A stretch of DNA of 64,000 nucleotides, from contig JBKPAK010000189.1 in the NCBI GenBank assembly GCA_046726415.1, positions 1,154 through 65,153 of the forward strand, in the 5' to 3' direction. The stretch's first letter is position 1. Each line of letters begins with the position of its first letter. Source of the DNA: Candidatus Methylomirabilota bacterium (GTDB lineage: Bacteria > Methylomirabilota > Methylomirabilia > Rokubacteriales > CSP1-6). Below, in pieces: positions 18,569-28,841 of this stretch. The translations under genes were made by a program, and so were the position numbers. Below the pieces are notes generated by a model. The model ran no database searches, had not been told where the DNA came from, and worked only from the letters and a program-made list of their open reading frames with translations.

Positions 18569-21001
18569 GTGAGTGTCTGCCGTGAGCCGGGGGCGGGCTC
18601 GGTAGTGGCGAGGCCGAAGACGCGTCGTTCCGCGCCGCCTGACGACGTCGCTCTGGCCGCGAGGGATCGGATCTTCGCCGGCTCCACGGCGGCAACCGTC
18701 ACTGGGGTGGCGGTGCTCGCGGTGGTGCTCGCCGTCTTGCTTCGCGAATCGCTGTTTCTCGGCAGGGGACTGGTCCCGGCCGACGGAGTTCTTCGTTTCC
18801 CGCCATGGGCCCCTACCTGGCGGGTGGCGCCATCCAACTATCTGCTGGCCGACCAGTACGAGGTTTTTGTCCCGCTGCGGCAGTTCTTTCACGACGAGAT
18901 CCTGAAGGGACGCCTCCCGCTCTGGAACCCGCACCTGGGAAGCGGAATGCCGAGCCTGGCGTCGATGCAGGGGGCGGCGCTCTATCCCCTCAATTTGCTG
19001 CTGTCGCCGATCGACCCGTTCGTGGCCAGTGGCGTCGCCGCCTTCATCAAACTCCTGCTCGCGGGGACGTTCACGATGATGTACATGCGCTGCCTCGGTG
19101 TGGTGCCTGGGGCCGCGCTCTTCGCCGGGCTCGTCTACGCGCTGTCGGGATTCATGATCGTCTGGCTCGGCCATCCGCACGTGAACGGCGCCATCCTGCT
19201 TCCTCTCTTGCTGTATCTGATCGAGCGACAGTTCAATGAGCGCCTGGGATTGCGTTGCTGGATCGGCGTCGCGATCGTCTTCGGCGTCATTCTCCTCGGC
19301 GGCCATCCGCCCACGGTCGTGCACATCACCATGGCGGCGGTGGCCTATTTCGTGTTTCGGTGGGCGGAGCCCTGCAGGGAACGACGGGTGACGCGAATGC
19401 TCATGCTCGCCGGTGCCCTGACCGCGGGCGTGCTCGTGGCGGCGGCGCAGGTGCTTCCGTACCTCGAGTACTACCGCGAGAGCTCGAGCGCAGTGTCATC
19501 CGCTGCTCTAGACCGAGCGGGCAGTCGTCTCGCACCGCACACGCTGATTCACTTCTTCCTGCCGTTTCTGTCCGGAAGCCCGGCGGCCGGCTTCGAGCAT
19601 GTGCCGGCCGCCCTCGGACTTTGGTCGCCATCACCGAACAATAACTTCAACGAGCGGACGGCGTACGTGGGGGTGCTCGCCCTTTTTCTGGCCTTCGTCG
19701 GCGCCATTCGGCGGCGCTGCCGGGTCGGCCTCTTCCACGCCGGTCTGGCGCTTGTCTGCCTCCTCATCATCTACGGTGTCCCGCCCTGGCCGACCGTCAT
19801 GCGCGCCCTGCCCGGGTTGAAGGACGTGAACCATCAGCGCCTGCTGCTCGTCGTCGACTGGAGCCTGGCCGTGCTCGCCGGGCTCGGCCTGGACACGCTG
19901 GCTCGCGCGCGCGCGCGGACGCAGTGGCGAGCGCTGGCCATCGCGTTCACCGCCGCCGTGATCCTCGGGCTCGCGGCACTCTGGAGTGTGATCGGCTCCC
20001 CATTCGCGAGGCTCGACGGGCCGGCGCGTTCATTCCTCATGGGGCAGATGGGGGTCCTGGGGGCCGGGCTGCTCGTCACCATACTCGCGACGCTCGGGCG
20101 GCTGCCGGGGCGCTGGGTCCAGGCCATCTGCGTGGGATGGGCGGCGATGGACCTTCTGTGGTTCGCGACTGGATACAACCCGGCGATTTCCCGGGAGCGC
20201 TACTATCCCCCCACCGAGTCCATCCGCTTCCTTCAGAGCGATCCATCCACCTTCCGGGTGCTGGGCCTGTCGGCCGTGCTTGTGCCCAACACGGCCCAGG
20301 TCTACGGCCTCGACGATGCACGGGGCATCGACTTCACTTCCCTGAGACGTTACGAGGAGATGATCACCGGTCACGCGGGAAACTTCTGGTTCTACCGGCT
20401 CGCCGACCGCCTGCCCCCGCCGCTCGATCTGCTGAACGTGAAGTACGTGCTGGTGCCCCAGCGTCCCACCGTCCCCGAGGGGTTCGAGCTCGTGTACGAC
20501 AAGGAGATCGCCATCCTCCGATACCGACACCATCGGGAGCGTGCGTTGATCGTGTTCGAGCATCGAGTCGAGTCGCCAGAGACCATCCTGCAGACCGTGC
20601 GCTCGGGCGGCTTCGATCCGGAGCGGATGCTGCTCCTCGAAGAGAAACCGGAGTTGCCCCCCGGGGCCGTCGACCCCGGCATCTCCGCCGCACAGGTCCG
20701 GATCGCGAAGTATGAGCCCGACGAGGTCACGGTCGAGGCAGTCACGCCGCGCCCAGGGTTCCTCTTGCTCCTGGACAACTACTTTCCGGGGTGGAAGGCG
20801 TACGTGGCCGAGCGCGAGGTGCCTCTCTATCGCGCCGACTTCACCTTTCGCGCGGTCGCGTTGCCGGCTGGGCGGTGGACGGTGAGGTTCGTGTACCGGC
20901 CCGTGAGCTTCCGCGCCGGGGCCGCGATATCGCTGACGGTCGTCGTGGCGCTCACAGTCCTGTGGTTCGGCGAACGCCGTCTATGCGTGAACGAACCTTG
21001 A
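18569..21001 (+). CDS. YfhO-like GT-C fold polytopic membrane protein (putative glycosyl/polymer transferase).
   Basis: 810 aa. The N-terminal roughly 450 aa are multi-TM, followed by a large extracytoplasmic C-domain and a terminal TM helix (AAISLTVVVALTVLWF). This architecture matches the YfhO family. Confidence 0.65.
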   Translation: MSVCREPGAGSVVARPKTRRSAPPDDVALAARDRIFAGSTAATVTGVAVLAVVLAVLLRESLFLGRGLVPADGVLRFPPWAPTWRVAPSNYLLADQYEVFVPLRQFFHDEILKGRLPLWNPHLGSGMPSLASMQGAALYPLNLLLSPIDPFVASGVAAFIKLLLAGTFTMMYMRCLGVVPGAALFAGLVYALSGFMIVWLGHPHVNGAILLPLLLYLIERQFNERLGLRCWIGVAIVFGVILLGGHPPTVVHITMAAVAYFVFRWAEPCRERRVTRMLMLAGALTAGVLVAAAQVLPYLEYYRESSSAVSSAALDRAGSRLAPHTLIHFFLPFLSGSPAAGFEHVPAALGLWSPSPNNNFNERTAYVGVLALFLAFVGAIRRRCRVGLFHAGLALVCLLIIYGVPPWPTVMRALPGLKDVNHQRLLLVVDWSLAVLAGLGLDTLARARARTQWRALAIAFTAAVILGLAALWSVIGSPFARLDGPARSFLMGQMGVLGAGLLVTILATLGRLPGRWVQAICVGWAAMDLLWFATGYNPAISRERYYPPTESIRFLQSDPSTFRVLGLSAVLVPNTAQVYGLDDARGIDFTSLRRYEEMITGHAGNFWFYRLADRLPPPLDLLNVKYVLVPQRPTVPEGFELVYDKEIAILRYRHHRERALIVFEHRVESPETILQTVRSGGFDPERMLLLEEKPELPPGAVDPGISAAQVRIAKYEPDEVTVEAVTPRPGFLLLLDNYFPGWKAYVAEREVPLYRADFTFRAVALPAGRWTVRFVYRPVSFRAGAAISLTVVVALTVLWFGERRLCVNEP

Positions 21002-21153
21002 GTAGCCGGCTCGCCATTCGGCACCGGCGGGGCGATGACGGCCCTGACAGGCTGTGAAATCTCCGTGTCCCGGTGCCTCGGTGGTGAAGGTGTTCTTGTC
21101 ACATCAGCATTCGTAGAGCGGTTCGGCGTTTCTCGTGGCCCTCGACATCGAAG

Positions 21154-21915
21154 TCATCGCAAATCGGTCGCGAGCTCAGCGCCGGATCTCCCGGGCGCGG
21201 CGAAGATGTGCAACTTTGGATAAATTGCGAACGGCATCTTGAGCCAGCGGATCGACATGAACACGGGATACCACGCCCAGTAGTTGAACCCCTCGGGGTC
21301 GATCCGGCGCGCCTCGCACGACCCGAAGCGCGCCCGCAGCATGCGCTCGTAGAACCCCCGAGTGTACATCACGACCAGGGGCTGATTGAATGCCTTCAGG
21401 AATCCCCGGGTGAGCGGTAGCAGACCTCGCTGCAGCGGGTACCAAGCCGGGTGTGGGCAGTACTCCAGAATGAACACCCTCCCCGGCGGGCGCAGCCAGC
21501 GCTGGGCCCGCGCCATCGCCTCGTCGATGCGCGCCTCAGACGACCGCCAGCTTCCCTGCGGCGTGTGATGCAGCATCAGCGGAAAGACGACCGAATCGAA
21601 GCTCCCCGGGTGGAACTCGCACGTGTAGAGGTCACCGATGATGCCACGTGCGCGCGGCGGGCAGTACACCTTGAGCATCTCCGGCGACAGGTCGAGGACG
21701 GTGAGGTTACGCAGATGGTCACCCCACGCGAAGAAGTCCCAGATCCCGCCGATCGCCAGGGCATCACCGCGCACCTCGGTGTTCAGGTAATCGGCGGCGA
21801 CGAGGTCGAGCTTACCCGTCATGCGCTTCAGCGCCTCGTAGTGATTCGTCGCCTGCTGTCGGTCGAAGAACTCACGAAGTTTTTGATGCGATGGGGACTG
21901 CCGCGCTTGTGTCAT
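21154..21915 (-). CDS. Class I SAM-dependent methyltransferase (Methyltransf_11-like).
   Basis: VLDLSPEMLK...DSVVFPLMLHH motifs. Its start overlaps the stop of the upstream gene (ATGA). Confidence 0.6.
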   Translation of the reverse strand: MTQARQSPSHQKLREFFDRQQATNHYEALKRMTGKLDLVAADYLNTEVRGDALAIGGIWDFFAWGDHLRNLTVLDLSPEMLKVYCPPRARGIIGDLYTCEFHPGSFDSVVFPLMLHHTPQGSWRSSEARIDEAMARAQRWLRPPGRVFILEYCPHPAWYPLQRGLLPLTRGFLKAFNQPLVVMYTRGFYERMLRARFGSCEARRIDPEGFNYWAWYPVFMSIRWLKMPFAIYPKLHIFAAPGRSGAELATDLR

Positions 21916-22802
21916 GGGTTGCCTTCTACGTCTTCACGGTCCTTCCGTCGGCCGAGACGCTTGAGCAGGTCGCTGGCGAAGCGGTCGCTGAGGCCAAACC
22001 TGCGCTTCACTTTGTCGTAGCCGCGCAGAGCCATCTTATCGAGATAGATCCACACGGCCCGCGCCCCATCGCCCGGGCGCGCGCGATACTCCGTCGAGCG
22101 CACCATGAACGGCTGCGGCTCGTCGGTGAAGTAGTAGAGCGCCAGTGACTTGCGCGTGAACGAGGTGGGACAGATCATCGGGTCCGGATGCCCGTGAAAC
22201 GAGTCAGGATCGGTGCGGAAGATGACGGCTCGGTTGAACACCGGCGCGATGCGCTGAACGCAGCGCTTGATCTGCCGATCCCAGAGTTCCAGCTGGCCGC
22301 CGTACGACTCCTGCCAGTCGCGGTTCAAGTACACCAGGAGATTGACACGGCGGCGCCAGCGCGCGTGGTGCGGGTGCCCGGTGAAGTCGGCGTGTATGTT
22401 CAGGTAGCCGCCATTTCCCGACTGGTGCAGCCCGCCGCCCATCAGCGCCTCGTCGGCGATCAGTGCTTCGATGCCGGTGAGCTGCTCGACAAAGCGCACG
22501 AAGCGCGTCGAGTTGAGCTCGTCGATGGTGGCGCGGAGAGCGGGCCTGAAGGAGCCGCGGTCGGACTTCCCGTACTTGCGCTCGTTGACGTGCGTGTAGT
22601 GGATCCACTCGCTCGAATCGAGGGGGGGGAACTCGCGCAGGCACAGATCCGCGGCCGCGGGGCTCAGGAAGTCGTCGATGACGAGGTGGGGGTACGGGTC
22701 GGCCTCACGAAAGCGTCGGGCCAGCTCTTCCAGCTGAGCCGTCCAGCGCGCATACGGCAGAATCCCACCCTCCGAATGGCGTTCGACGGCGCCGCTCTCC
22801 AT
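21912..22802 (-). CDS. 2OG-Fe(II) oxygenase superfamily protein (prolyl-4-hydroxylase-like).
   Basis: HADFTGHPHH...RRVNLLVYLN...FHGHP, the HxD...H facial-triad pattern of 2OG oxygenases. Confidence 0.7.
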   Translation of the reverse strand: MESGAVERHSEGGILPYARWTAQLEELARRFREADPYPHLVIDDFLSPAAADLCLREFPPLDSSEWIHYTHVNERKYGKSDRGSFRPALRATIDELNSTRFVRFVEQLTGIEALIADEALMGGGLHQSGNGGYLNIHADFTGHPHHARWRRRVNLLVYLNRDWQESYGGQLELWDRQIKRCVQRIAPVFNRAVIFRTDPDSFHGHPDPMICPTSFTRKSLALYYFTDEPQPFMVRSTEYRARPGDGARAVWIYLDKMALRGYDKVKRRFGLSDRFASDLLKRLGRRKDREDVEGNP

Positions 22803-23261
22803 GTTGTCGCCCCTTCGAAGCTCTATTCAGACCACCTTCTTCTGTACGCGCCATTGAGGAGCTCTGCGGTGGATGCTTGCCCCTCACGGATCCCTTCTGT
22901 CGCTTCTGCCTCGCGGCGGACAACCCTCGCACCGCGCCGATCCCGTAGGCGAGCATCTGCGTCACCGGGCGCACCGTCCTGGACGCGCTCCTCCACGCCC
23001 GTGGTTCCCGTGACGGGGCACTGTCCCGAGAACGTCGGCGAGTACCGGTTCTTCGTCCCCGCCTGATCAATCGATGCCGTCGCCGCCGAACGCCTTCGTC
23101 TCCCCCTCTGTCCAGCCCCCCACGACCAACTCGTGAATGGGGCCGTCGCGGAGCGGAGGGAGCGAGCGCACCAGGGCGAACCACCTAGAGGCCTGGTGGG
23201 CGGTCGGCGACGGCGGTGACCGAGCGTTCGCGAAGGCGTCACGCCCCGGGTGGAAGATGCC

Positions 23262-24422
23262 TCATCGCGGGCCCGTGAATTCCGACGGCACCCGGTTCGG
23301 TTTCCCAGCTCGGGCGAGCACCGTCTTGTACACGTGGACATGCTCGGTGCAGATCTGGCGAAGCGCGGCGTCCTCATCGCGGCGCGAGGACGCGCCTCGG
23401 CGCAGGAGCGCGGGAAGCAAGTCGACGATATTCGTGGCCGTGAAGCGTTCCTCCGCGACGAAGTGCACGTCGGGATAGCGGCCGGTGACCGAGTCGGGCG
23501 TGTTGGCGCCCATGGTGGTGATCAGGGGAGTGCCGTGAGCGACCACCACGTGGAACGTCGTATTGCGCATGGCGACGCCACCCGCGAACGGAAGAACGCA
23601 GGCATCGGCAGTCTGGAGGTACCTCGAAACGCGGTCCGCGGAGAGAAAGCCCGTCCACCGCACGCGATCGGCGATGCCGCGCTCGATGGCCAGTCGAATG
23701 AGCGACTGAAGGTAGCGCTCGCCCTCGGCGGCGGCATACTCGGCCACTCCGCCAATCATGAGCAGAACGGCCACACGCTTTCGTCGCCCGAGCTCGGCGA
23801 GCACGTCGAGCAGAATCTCGAGCCGATGGACGGGCTTGATGAGCCCGAAGAAGGCGAGCACGGGGGTCGACTCGTCGACGCCCAGCTCTCGCCGCACGGC
23901 GGCGACGTCGGCCGGCGTGACGGGAATGCTGGTCGTCTGGCGGACGACGGTGACGCGATCCTTGAGGAAGGGAACGGCGCGCCGGAGCCGCGCCCCTTCG
24001 ACTTCATCGGGGGTGATCACGTGGTTAGCCAAGCTGGCCAGAAGCATCGAGGCGAACCGCCCCAGGCCCCGGCGGGCTGACCACTCGTGGATCGTCACCA
24101 CCGTCGGTACGCCGAGGGTGAGACGCGCGACGAGCGGCAGAAAGAGGATCGCCAGCGAGCGGCCATACCCGGCGGCGGGATATTGGATGTGGAGGAGATC
24201 GGCGCGGACGGCGCGCAGCAGCCTGGGGAGCTGAAGAACGCGCCAGTTGGGGAGCAGCGGCAGCACGCCGCCCTCGTCCCGCGCGTCAACCTCGGGGTGG
24301 CGCGTGGTGATCACGCGAACCCGCAGGCCCTGAGCGCGCAGGCCCGCCGCGAGCGTTGCCGTGTGATCGCCCACCCCACAGGGGATCGGCGGATAGGAGC
24401 CGCAAACAACGCAGACCGTCAT
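23262..24422 (-). CDS. Glycosyltransferase family 4.
   Basis: GT-B fold, MTVCVVCGSYPPIPCGVGDH..., EGFGLP-like motif region. Confidence 0.8.
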   Translation of the reverse strand: MTVCVVCGSYPPIPCGVGDHTATLAAGLRAQGLRVRVITTRHPEVDARDEGGVLPLLPNWRVLQLPRLLRAVRADLLHIQYPAAGYGRSLAILFLPLVARLTLGVPTVVTIHEWSARRGLGRFASMLLASLANHVITPDEVEGARLRRAVPFLKDRVTVVRQTTSIPVTPADVAAVRRELGVDESTPVLAFFGLIKPVHRLEILLDVLAELGRRKRVAVLLMIGGVAEYAAAEGERYLQSLIRLAIERGIADRVRWTGFLSADRVSRYLQTADACVLPFAGGVAMRNTTFHVVVAHGTPLITTMGANTPDSVTGRYPDVHFVAEERFTATNIVDLLPALLRRGASSRRDEDAALRQICTEHVHVYKTVLARAGKPNRVPSEFTGPR

Positions 24423-24864
24423 CGTCTTTCGGCTCTGTCACTGGCGATGGCGTTCGCCGGGGCCGCTCGGTGGGCGTTCGGTGGGTAGCCGTCGTCGGTC
24501 AACAAATCGATGCTAGCACAGCATTTGCCGGGCGCCGGCCCGCGTCGAGGAGTGCCGAGGGCAGGCCCGACTGTACGTCGCATTCCCTCTCCTTCACGTT
24601 CCGGGTTGTGAGAATTGAGCCGGGGCGGGTCGCGCTCTGAGCTCGACGTTCGGAGGTGTCTGGCCAGCCACGTCGAGCAGCGGGAGACGTCGATGACGAC
24701 GTGGGCGCGCTTGGTTCGGCGTGGCGGACTAGGCTAAGGGCTCGACGGGCCGCTGTCCAGCTGCCCGTGAAACGTCATCCGGTTGGTCCGGTGCCTGCTC
24801 CAGAACAGATGGCCCACTTGAAGGTGTAGGCGCACGCTTTCGCGACGCGAAACGGCAAGGGTCG

Positions 24865-25641
24865 CTAACCGGCGACAACTCGACCCGGGACAGCTCCGTT
24901 GACGGCCATGTAGATCCGATCGTCGTTGAATGGATCCACGTGCACCTCCGGTCGATCGAAGCCGCCCTGGGTGGTAGTGCAGTCGGTCGATCGGAACACG
25001 TACTCCACGCCACGACTAGTCGAGCCAGGACTGGTGCAGGGAAGGCCGAGCGTGGCGTGATCGTCGTCCCGCCTAACCCCCTGATGAATCAAGAGCAGGT
25101 CACCCCCGGGCAGACGCAGTAACTGGGAGTCGTTTGAGCCCTGCGGTCCACAACTCCCGCCACAGCCTTGTTCCGTCGTCGCAGTCGAGAACCCCTGCCG
25201 CGGTGACGAGTGGCCACTGACTCGAGCCGTAGACGACATCGCTCGTCGGGGAGCAGTGCGATCTATCTCCCTCGAAGCACGCCATACTCGATCGCCAGAT
25301 TCGTGGAGTCGAGTCAACGGAAAATAGAATCGCACCCTTCGGGCCACAATGGCCTCTGTGCGGCGGCACGGCGAGCGCAACGTGCTCCCAAGTCGGAATG
25401 GCCACGAGCTTGTCGTTTACTGTGTTCACGAAATGGGTGGGAGGTCGGAAAAAAAGGAAAGGGGAGAGTGACAATGTATCACACCCAGACAGGATGATGA
25501 GCGTCGCGGGCACGATTACCCCGAACCGCAGAGAGGCTGCGCTGCCGAGCCATCATCGTCTGCTGCGAGGACGTGAGGAGGGTACATCCCAGAACCCACC
25601 AGAGCGACCGTCAAGAGCAGAAGCCACATCGGGGTTCGCAT
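24865..25641 (-). pseudogene. Probable frameshifted remnant of a secreted BNR/Asp-box-like protein. Signal peptide in one frame, body in two others.
   Basis: MRTPMWLLLLTVALVGSGMYPP (signal peptide, then a stop after 41 aa). Protein-like text continues in two other frames (DVVYGSSQWPL; VFRSTDCTTTQGGF...VHVDPFNDDRIYMAVNG). A low-GC patch with an A-run lies here. Confidence 0.3.
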
Positions 25642-25699
25642 TGTCATCTCCTCGGCCACCCTTTCCCTACCTCGTCAGAGGAAGACATTCGCGCCCCCG

Positions 25700-26781
25700 G
25701 CGACCACGGCGCGCGGCGCACGGAGTGGCAGGACGGGTGAAAGCCGCTGCCTCAAATTTGCGTAGGTGGCGGCGTCCCTCCCCGTCCACGTTCGAGCGCG
25801 TCTACGCGCTACGCAACGACTATCCCTTCGCCTCGGTCAATATGAGCATCGGCGGTGGACGCTTCTTCTCAACTGCGACTCGGATGCTCGAAAGGTGGCG
25901 ATTGACAACCTCAAGTCCGTTGGGATCGCCACCGTCATCTCCTCGGGCAACGACGGCTTCACCGATTCCATGAGTGCCCCCGCATGTATCTCAACCGCCT
26001 GAGCGTGGGCTCCACGCAGGATGGTTCCTTAGGCACGACGACGGACGCCATTTCGAGCTTCTCTAACAGCGCGTCCTTTCTCTCGCTGCTCGCTCCGGGC
26101 CAGCCGATCAACTCCCCGATCCCTGGCAACGCCTTTGCGAACTTCCAGGGAACCTCCATGGCGGCTCCCCACGTGGCGGGCGCCTGGGCCATGCTCAAGC
26201 AGACGACGCCGTCGGCGACGGTGCCGGAGATCCTCAGGGCGCTTCAGACGACCGGGCTGCCGATCACCGACCCACGCAACGGCATCACCACGTCTCGCAT
26301 CGAGATCTTCGACGCGTTACCGGCAATCGGCCCTCCGCCCGACGGGTACAAAACCTACACCGTCGCGCCGTGCCGGCTCGTCGACACCGGTCTCGCGGGC
26401 GGCCCCATCGCCGCCCACGGCTTTCGAGCGTTCTTGGCCGCCGGAGCGCTCAGCGGGCAGGGCGGAGCATCTGACTGCCTCGTCCCACTGGGGCCCAGCA
26501 AGGCCGTGCACATCAATGTGGTAGCGGTGAACCCAAGCGGCCCTGGCCACCTCACCATCCATCCGTACCCGACGCCACTTCCCCTCGCGAGCACCCTCAA
26601 TTTCTCAACGGGCGAGACCATCGCGAACGGCGTCTTGATCCCAATCTGCGATTCAAGCGTCACGTCGTGCTCGTATGATTTCACGGTAACCATGGGACCC
26701 ACGGCCGCTCACGTGGTCATCGATGTGACCGGTTACCTGGCCCCCACCGCCGTGATAGGGAGAGAAGCCCCGACTCATTGA
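25700..26781 (+). pseudogene. Subtilisin-like (S8) serine peptidase, N-terminally truncated and broken by at least two frameshifts, ending in a 4-Cys C-terminal module.
   Basis: Three track frames each carry consecutive S8 motifs. DHGARRTEWQDG* is the His-motif relic with a stop. YALRNDYPFASVNMSIGGG in frame 25398; VGIATVISSGNDGFTD in frame 25766; GTSMAAPHVAGAWAMLKQ (catalytic Ser) in frame 25984. No Asp-motif region is present upstream. Confidence 0.65.
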
Positions 26782-26805
26782 CCGCCGGCACAGGAGGGGA
26801 ACGAG

Positions 26806-27311
26806 GTGACGATGACCCAGCGGTGTGTTGGCGCGCTACTTTCAGTATCCGTCTTGGTTGGCGCGTTCTGCGCCGGGGCGACGCCCACCCGGGCGGGCGG
26901 GCCCTACGATACGCTTACCGTCCCACCCTGTCGGATTGTCGACACCCGGATCGTCGGCGGCCCATTCCCCCCTCCGGCTCCAGGAGCTTCCAGGTCGCCG
27001 GAACCTTTCCGAGTCAGGGGGGACAGACGAACTGTGGAGTGCCCTTGGGACCAGCCAAAGGCGTGTTCATCAACGTTGTGGCAGTGGGACCTAGCGGACT
27101 GGGCCATCTCACCGTCCACCCTTGGCCGTCGTCCCTGCCGTTGGCCAGCACATTGAATTTCTCTGCCGGCCAAACGATCGCCAACGGCGTCCTCGTGCCG
27201 ATCTGCGACACCGACACCGTCTCCTGCTCATTCGATTTCACGGTTACCATGGGCCCGGCATCGGCGCACATCGTGATCGATGTCACCGGCTATCTCCAGC
27301 CGACTCCGTGA
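26806..27311 (+). CDS. Small secreted protein made of the same 4-Cys module. It has a 1-nt frameshift in a C-run at about 26970 (pseudogene or sequencing error).
   Basis: Signal peptide [25 protein letters not shown]...[20 protein letters not shown] (frame 26806). It continues as ...[46 protein letters not shown]...[36 protein letters not shown] (frame 26778). The two frames rejoin if one C is removed from the cccccc run. Confidence 0.55.
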
Positions 27312-27387
27312 TATCGGCTTTGCACCGCTGCCTCGGGGAGGATCGGGTAGCTCAGCCATTCGGCCCTTGGCGGACGCTCATCGCAGC

Positions 27388-28503
27388 TCAGCGTGTCGCG
27401 ACAGCGCGGTACACCGCCAGCGTGCGACGGGCGGTCTCCTCCCAGGAGTACTGGCGGCTCCGCACCAGGCCGCGCCGGGCCAGTTCATCCGCGAGGGCGC
27501 GATCGAGAAGGACCCGCCCCATCGCGGCCGCCAGCGCCTCGACGTCTTCGGGGTCGACCAGCAGACCCGCATCGCCGACGAGCTCTGGTATGGAAGCTCG
27601 CGTCGAGGCGATCACCGGAGTACCGCACGCCATCGCCTCGAGGATCGGAAGCCCGAACCCCTCGAAGAGCGAAGGATACACGAAGGCGGCCGCGGCGCTG
27701 TAGAAGGCCGGAAGATCCTCCTCAGGCAGGAGACCAACCCACCGTACCCTGCGGTCCTGGCTTGGCTGACCCGTCTGCTTGAGCATCTGCTCGGCTCCGA
27801 AGTCGGGCTTGCCAGCAACGACCACCTGGGGGTCCGCAGTGCCGCTCGTCCTGAGGAGGACGGCTGCGCGGATGAGTCGACCGAGATTCTTCCTCCGATT
27901 CAGCCGGCCGAGCGCGAAGACGAAGCCGGGCTGGAGGCCGTAACGCGAGAGCACCTTGACCGCGTCGTTGACCGGGCAGGGCCGAAGGCTTGTCTGCGCG
28001 GCCAGTGGGATCGCCGTGATCCGATCGGAGTCGACGCCGTAGCGGTTCGCGATGTCTCGCCGGGAAAATTCGGAGTCGGTGATGATGTGCGACGCTCGGG
28101 CGAGGCTCTTCGGGACGAGCACGCGCATGGCTACCCGCAGCCCTCGTGGAAAGGCCTCTGGTACGTGGAGGAAGCCGAGGTCGTGAATGGTGACGACGAG
28201 AGGTCCACCGTAGCCCAGTGGAGTGAAGTACTGCACATGCAAACAGTCGACCCTGGCGCGAGCAGCGGCCCGGCCGAGAGCGAAGGCGAGGCGGGCAACA
28301 CCGGCACCCTGCGTGACGCGCACCGTCTGAAGCGGGCGCCGACCATCGAGGGCACCATAGAAACGGTGCGCGGGATCCGCCGCGAAGAGGGTGAGGTCGT
28401 CCTTGCCGTTGCCGTTGAGGAGTGCCGAGATCAGGCCCCGACAGTACGTCGCATTCCCCTCACCTTCACGTTCCGCGCTATGAGAATCGATCCCGACATT
28501 CAT
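27388..28503 (-). CDS. Glycosyltransferase family 4.
   Basis: GT-B fold: N-terminal MNVGIDSHS...[12 protein letters not shown], and a C-terminal [20 protein letters not shown] motif. Confidence 0.8.
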   Translation of the reverse strand: MNVGIDSHSAEREGEGNATYCRGLISALLNGNGKDDLTLFAADPAHRFYGALDGRRPLQTVRVTQGAGVARLAFALGRAAARARVDCLHVQYFTPLGYGGPLVVTIHDLGFLHVPEAFPRGLRVAMRVLVPKSLARASHIITDSEFSRRDIANRYGVDSDRITAIPLAAQTSLRPCPVNDAVKVLSRYGLQPGFVFALGRLNRRKNLGRLIRAAVLLRTSGTADPQVVVAGKPDFGAEQMLKQTGQPSQDRRVRWVGLLPEEDLPAFYSAAAAFVYPSLFEGFGLPILEAMACGTPVIASTRASIPELVGDAGLLVDPEDVEALAAAMGRVLLDRALADELARRGLVRSRQYSWEETARRTLAVYRAVATR

Positions 28504-28841
28504 CGGGCGGCCCGGCGAGCCGATCCAAGATGACGAGAGCCCGCGAGCCTCTTTTGGGCGAGGTCCCCTCTATCTTGCCAAAGTACTGACGGGGATACTC
28601 TCATCCTTTTCCGTTCCGTCACTCACAGTATGGTCGTTCCTCGCCGTTTCTCGATGGGCGAACCGGGCCGCGCCACCAAACGCTGGTATCGACGCGAGTG
28701 TCAACATGACCAGGCGGCGGTTGCTGATCTCGCGTCGCGCCCCGCGACGTTCGACGTTCCGAGGTGTCCGGCCAGCCCCATCGAGCAACCAACAGAACGA
28801 TGATGCAATGTGTGGTACTGGAGCACGGACCCGCCTAAATT

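Noticed and set aside
22803-23261. 460-bp gap between the 2OG oxygenase and GT4 genes, examined for a small gene.
   Set aside because: Only low-complexity ORFs are present, with no recognisable motifs. It is probably an intergenic or promoter region. It is left unannotated.
26968-26976. Possible programmed ribosomal frameshift at the poly-C run in the small 4-Cys protein gene.
   Set aside because: There is no slippery heptamer or downstream structure context. The neighbouring genes also carry indels at unrelated sequence contexts, so ordinary pseudogenisation or sequencing error is more parsimonious.
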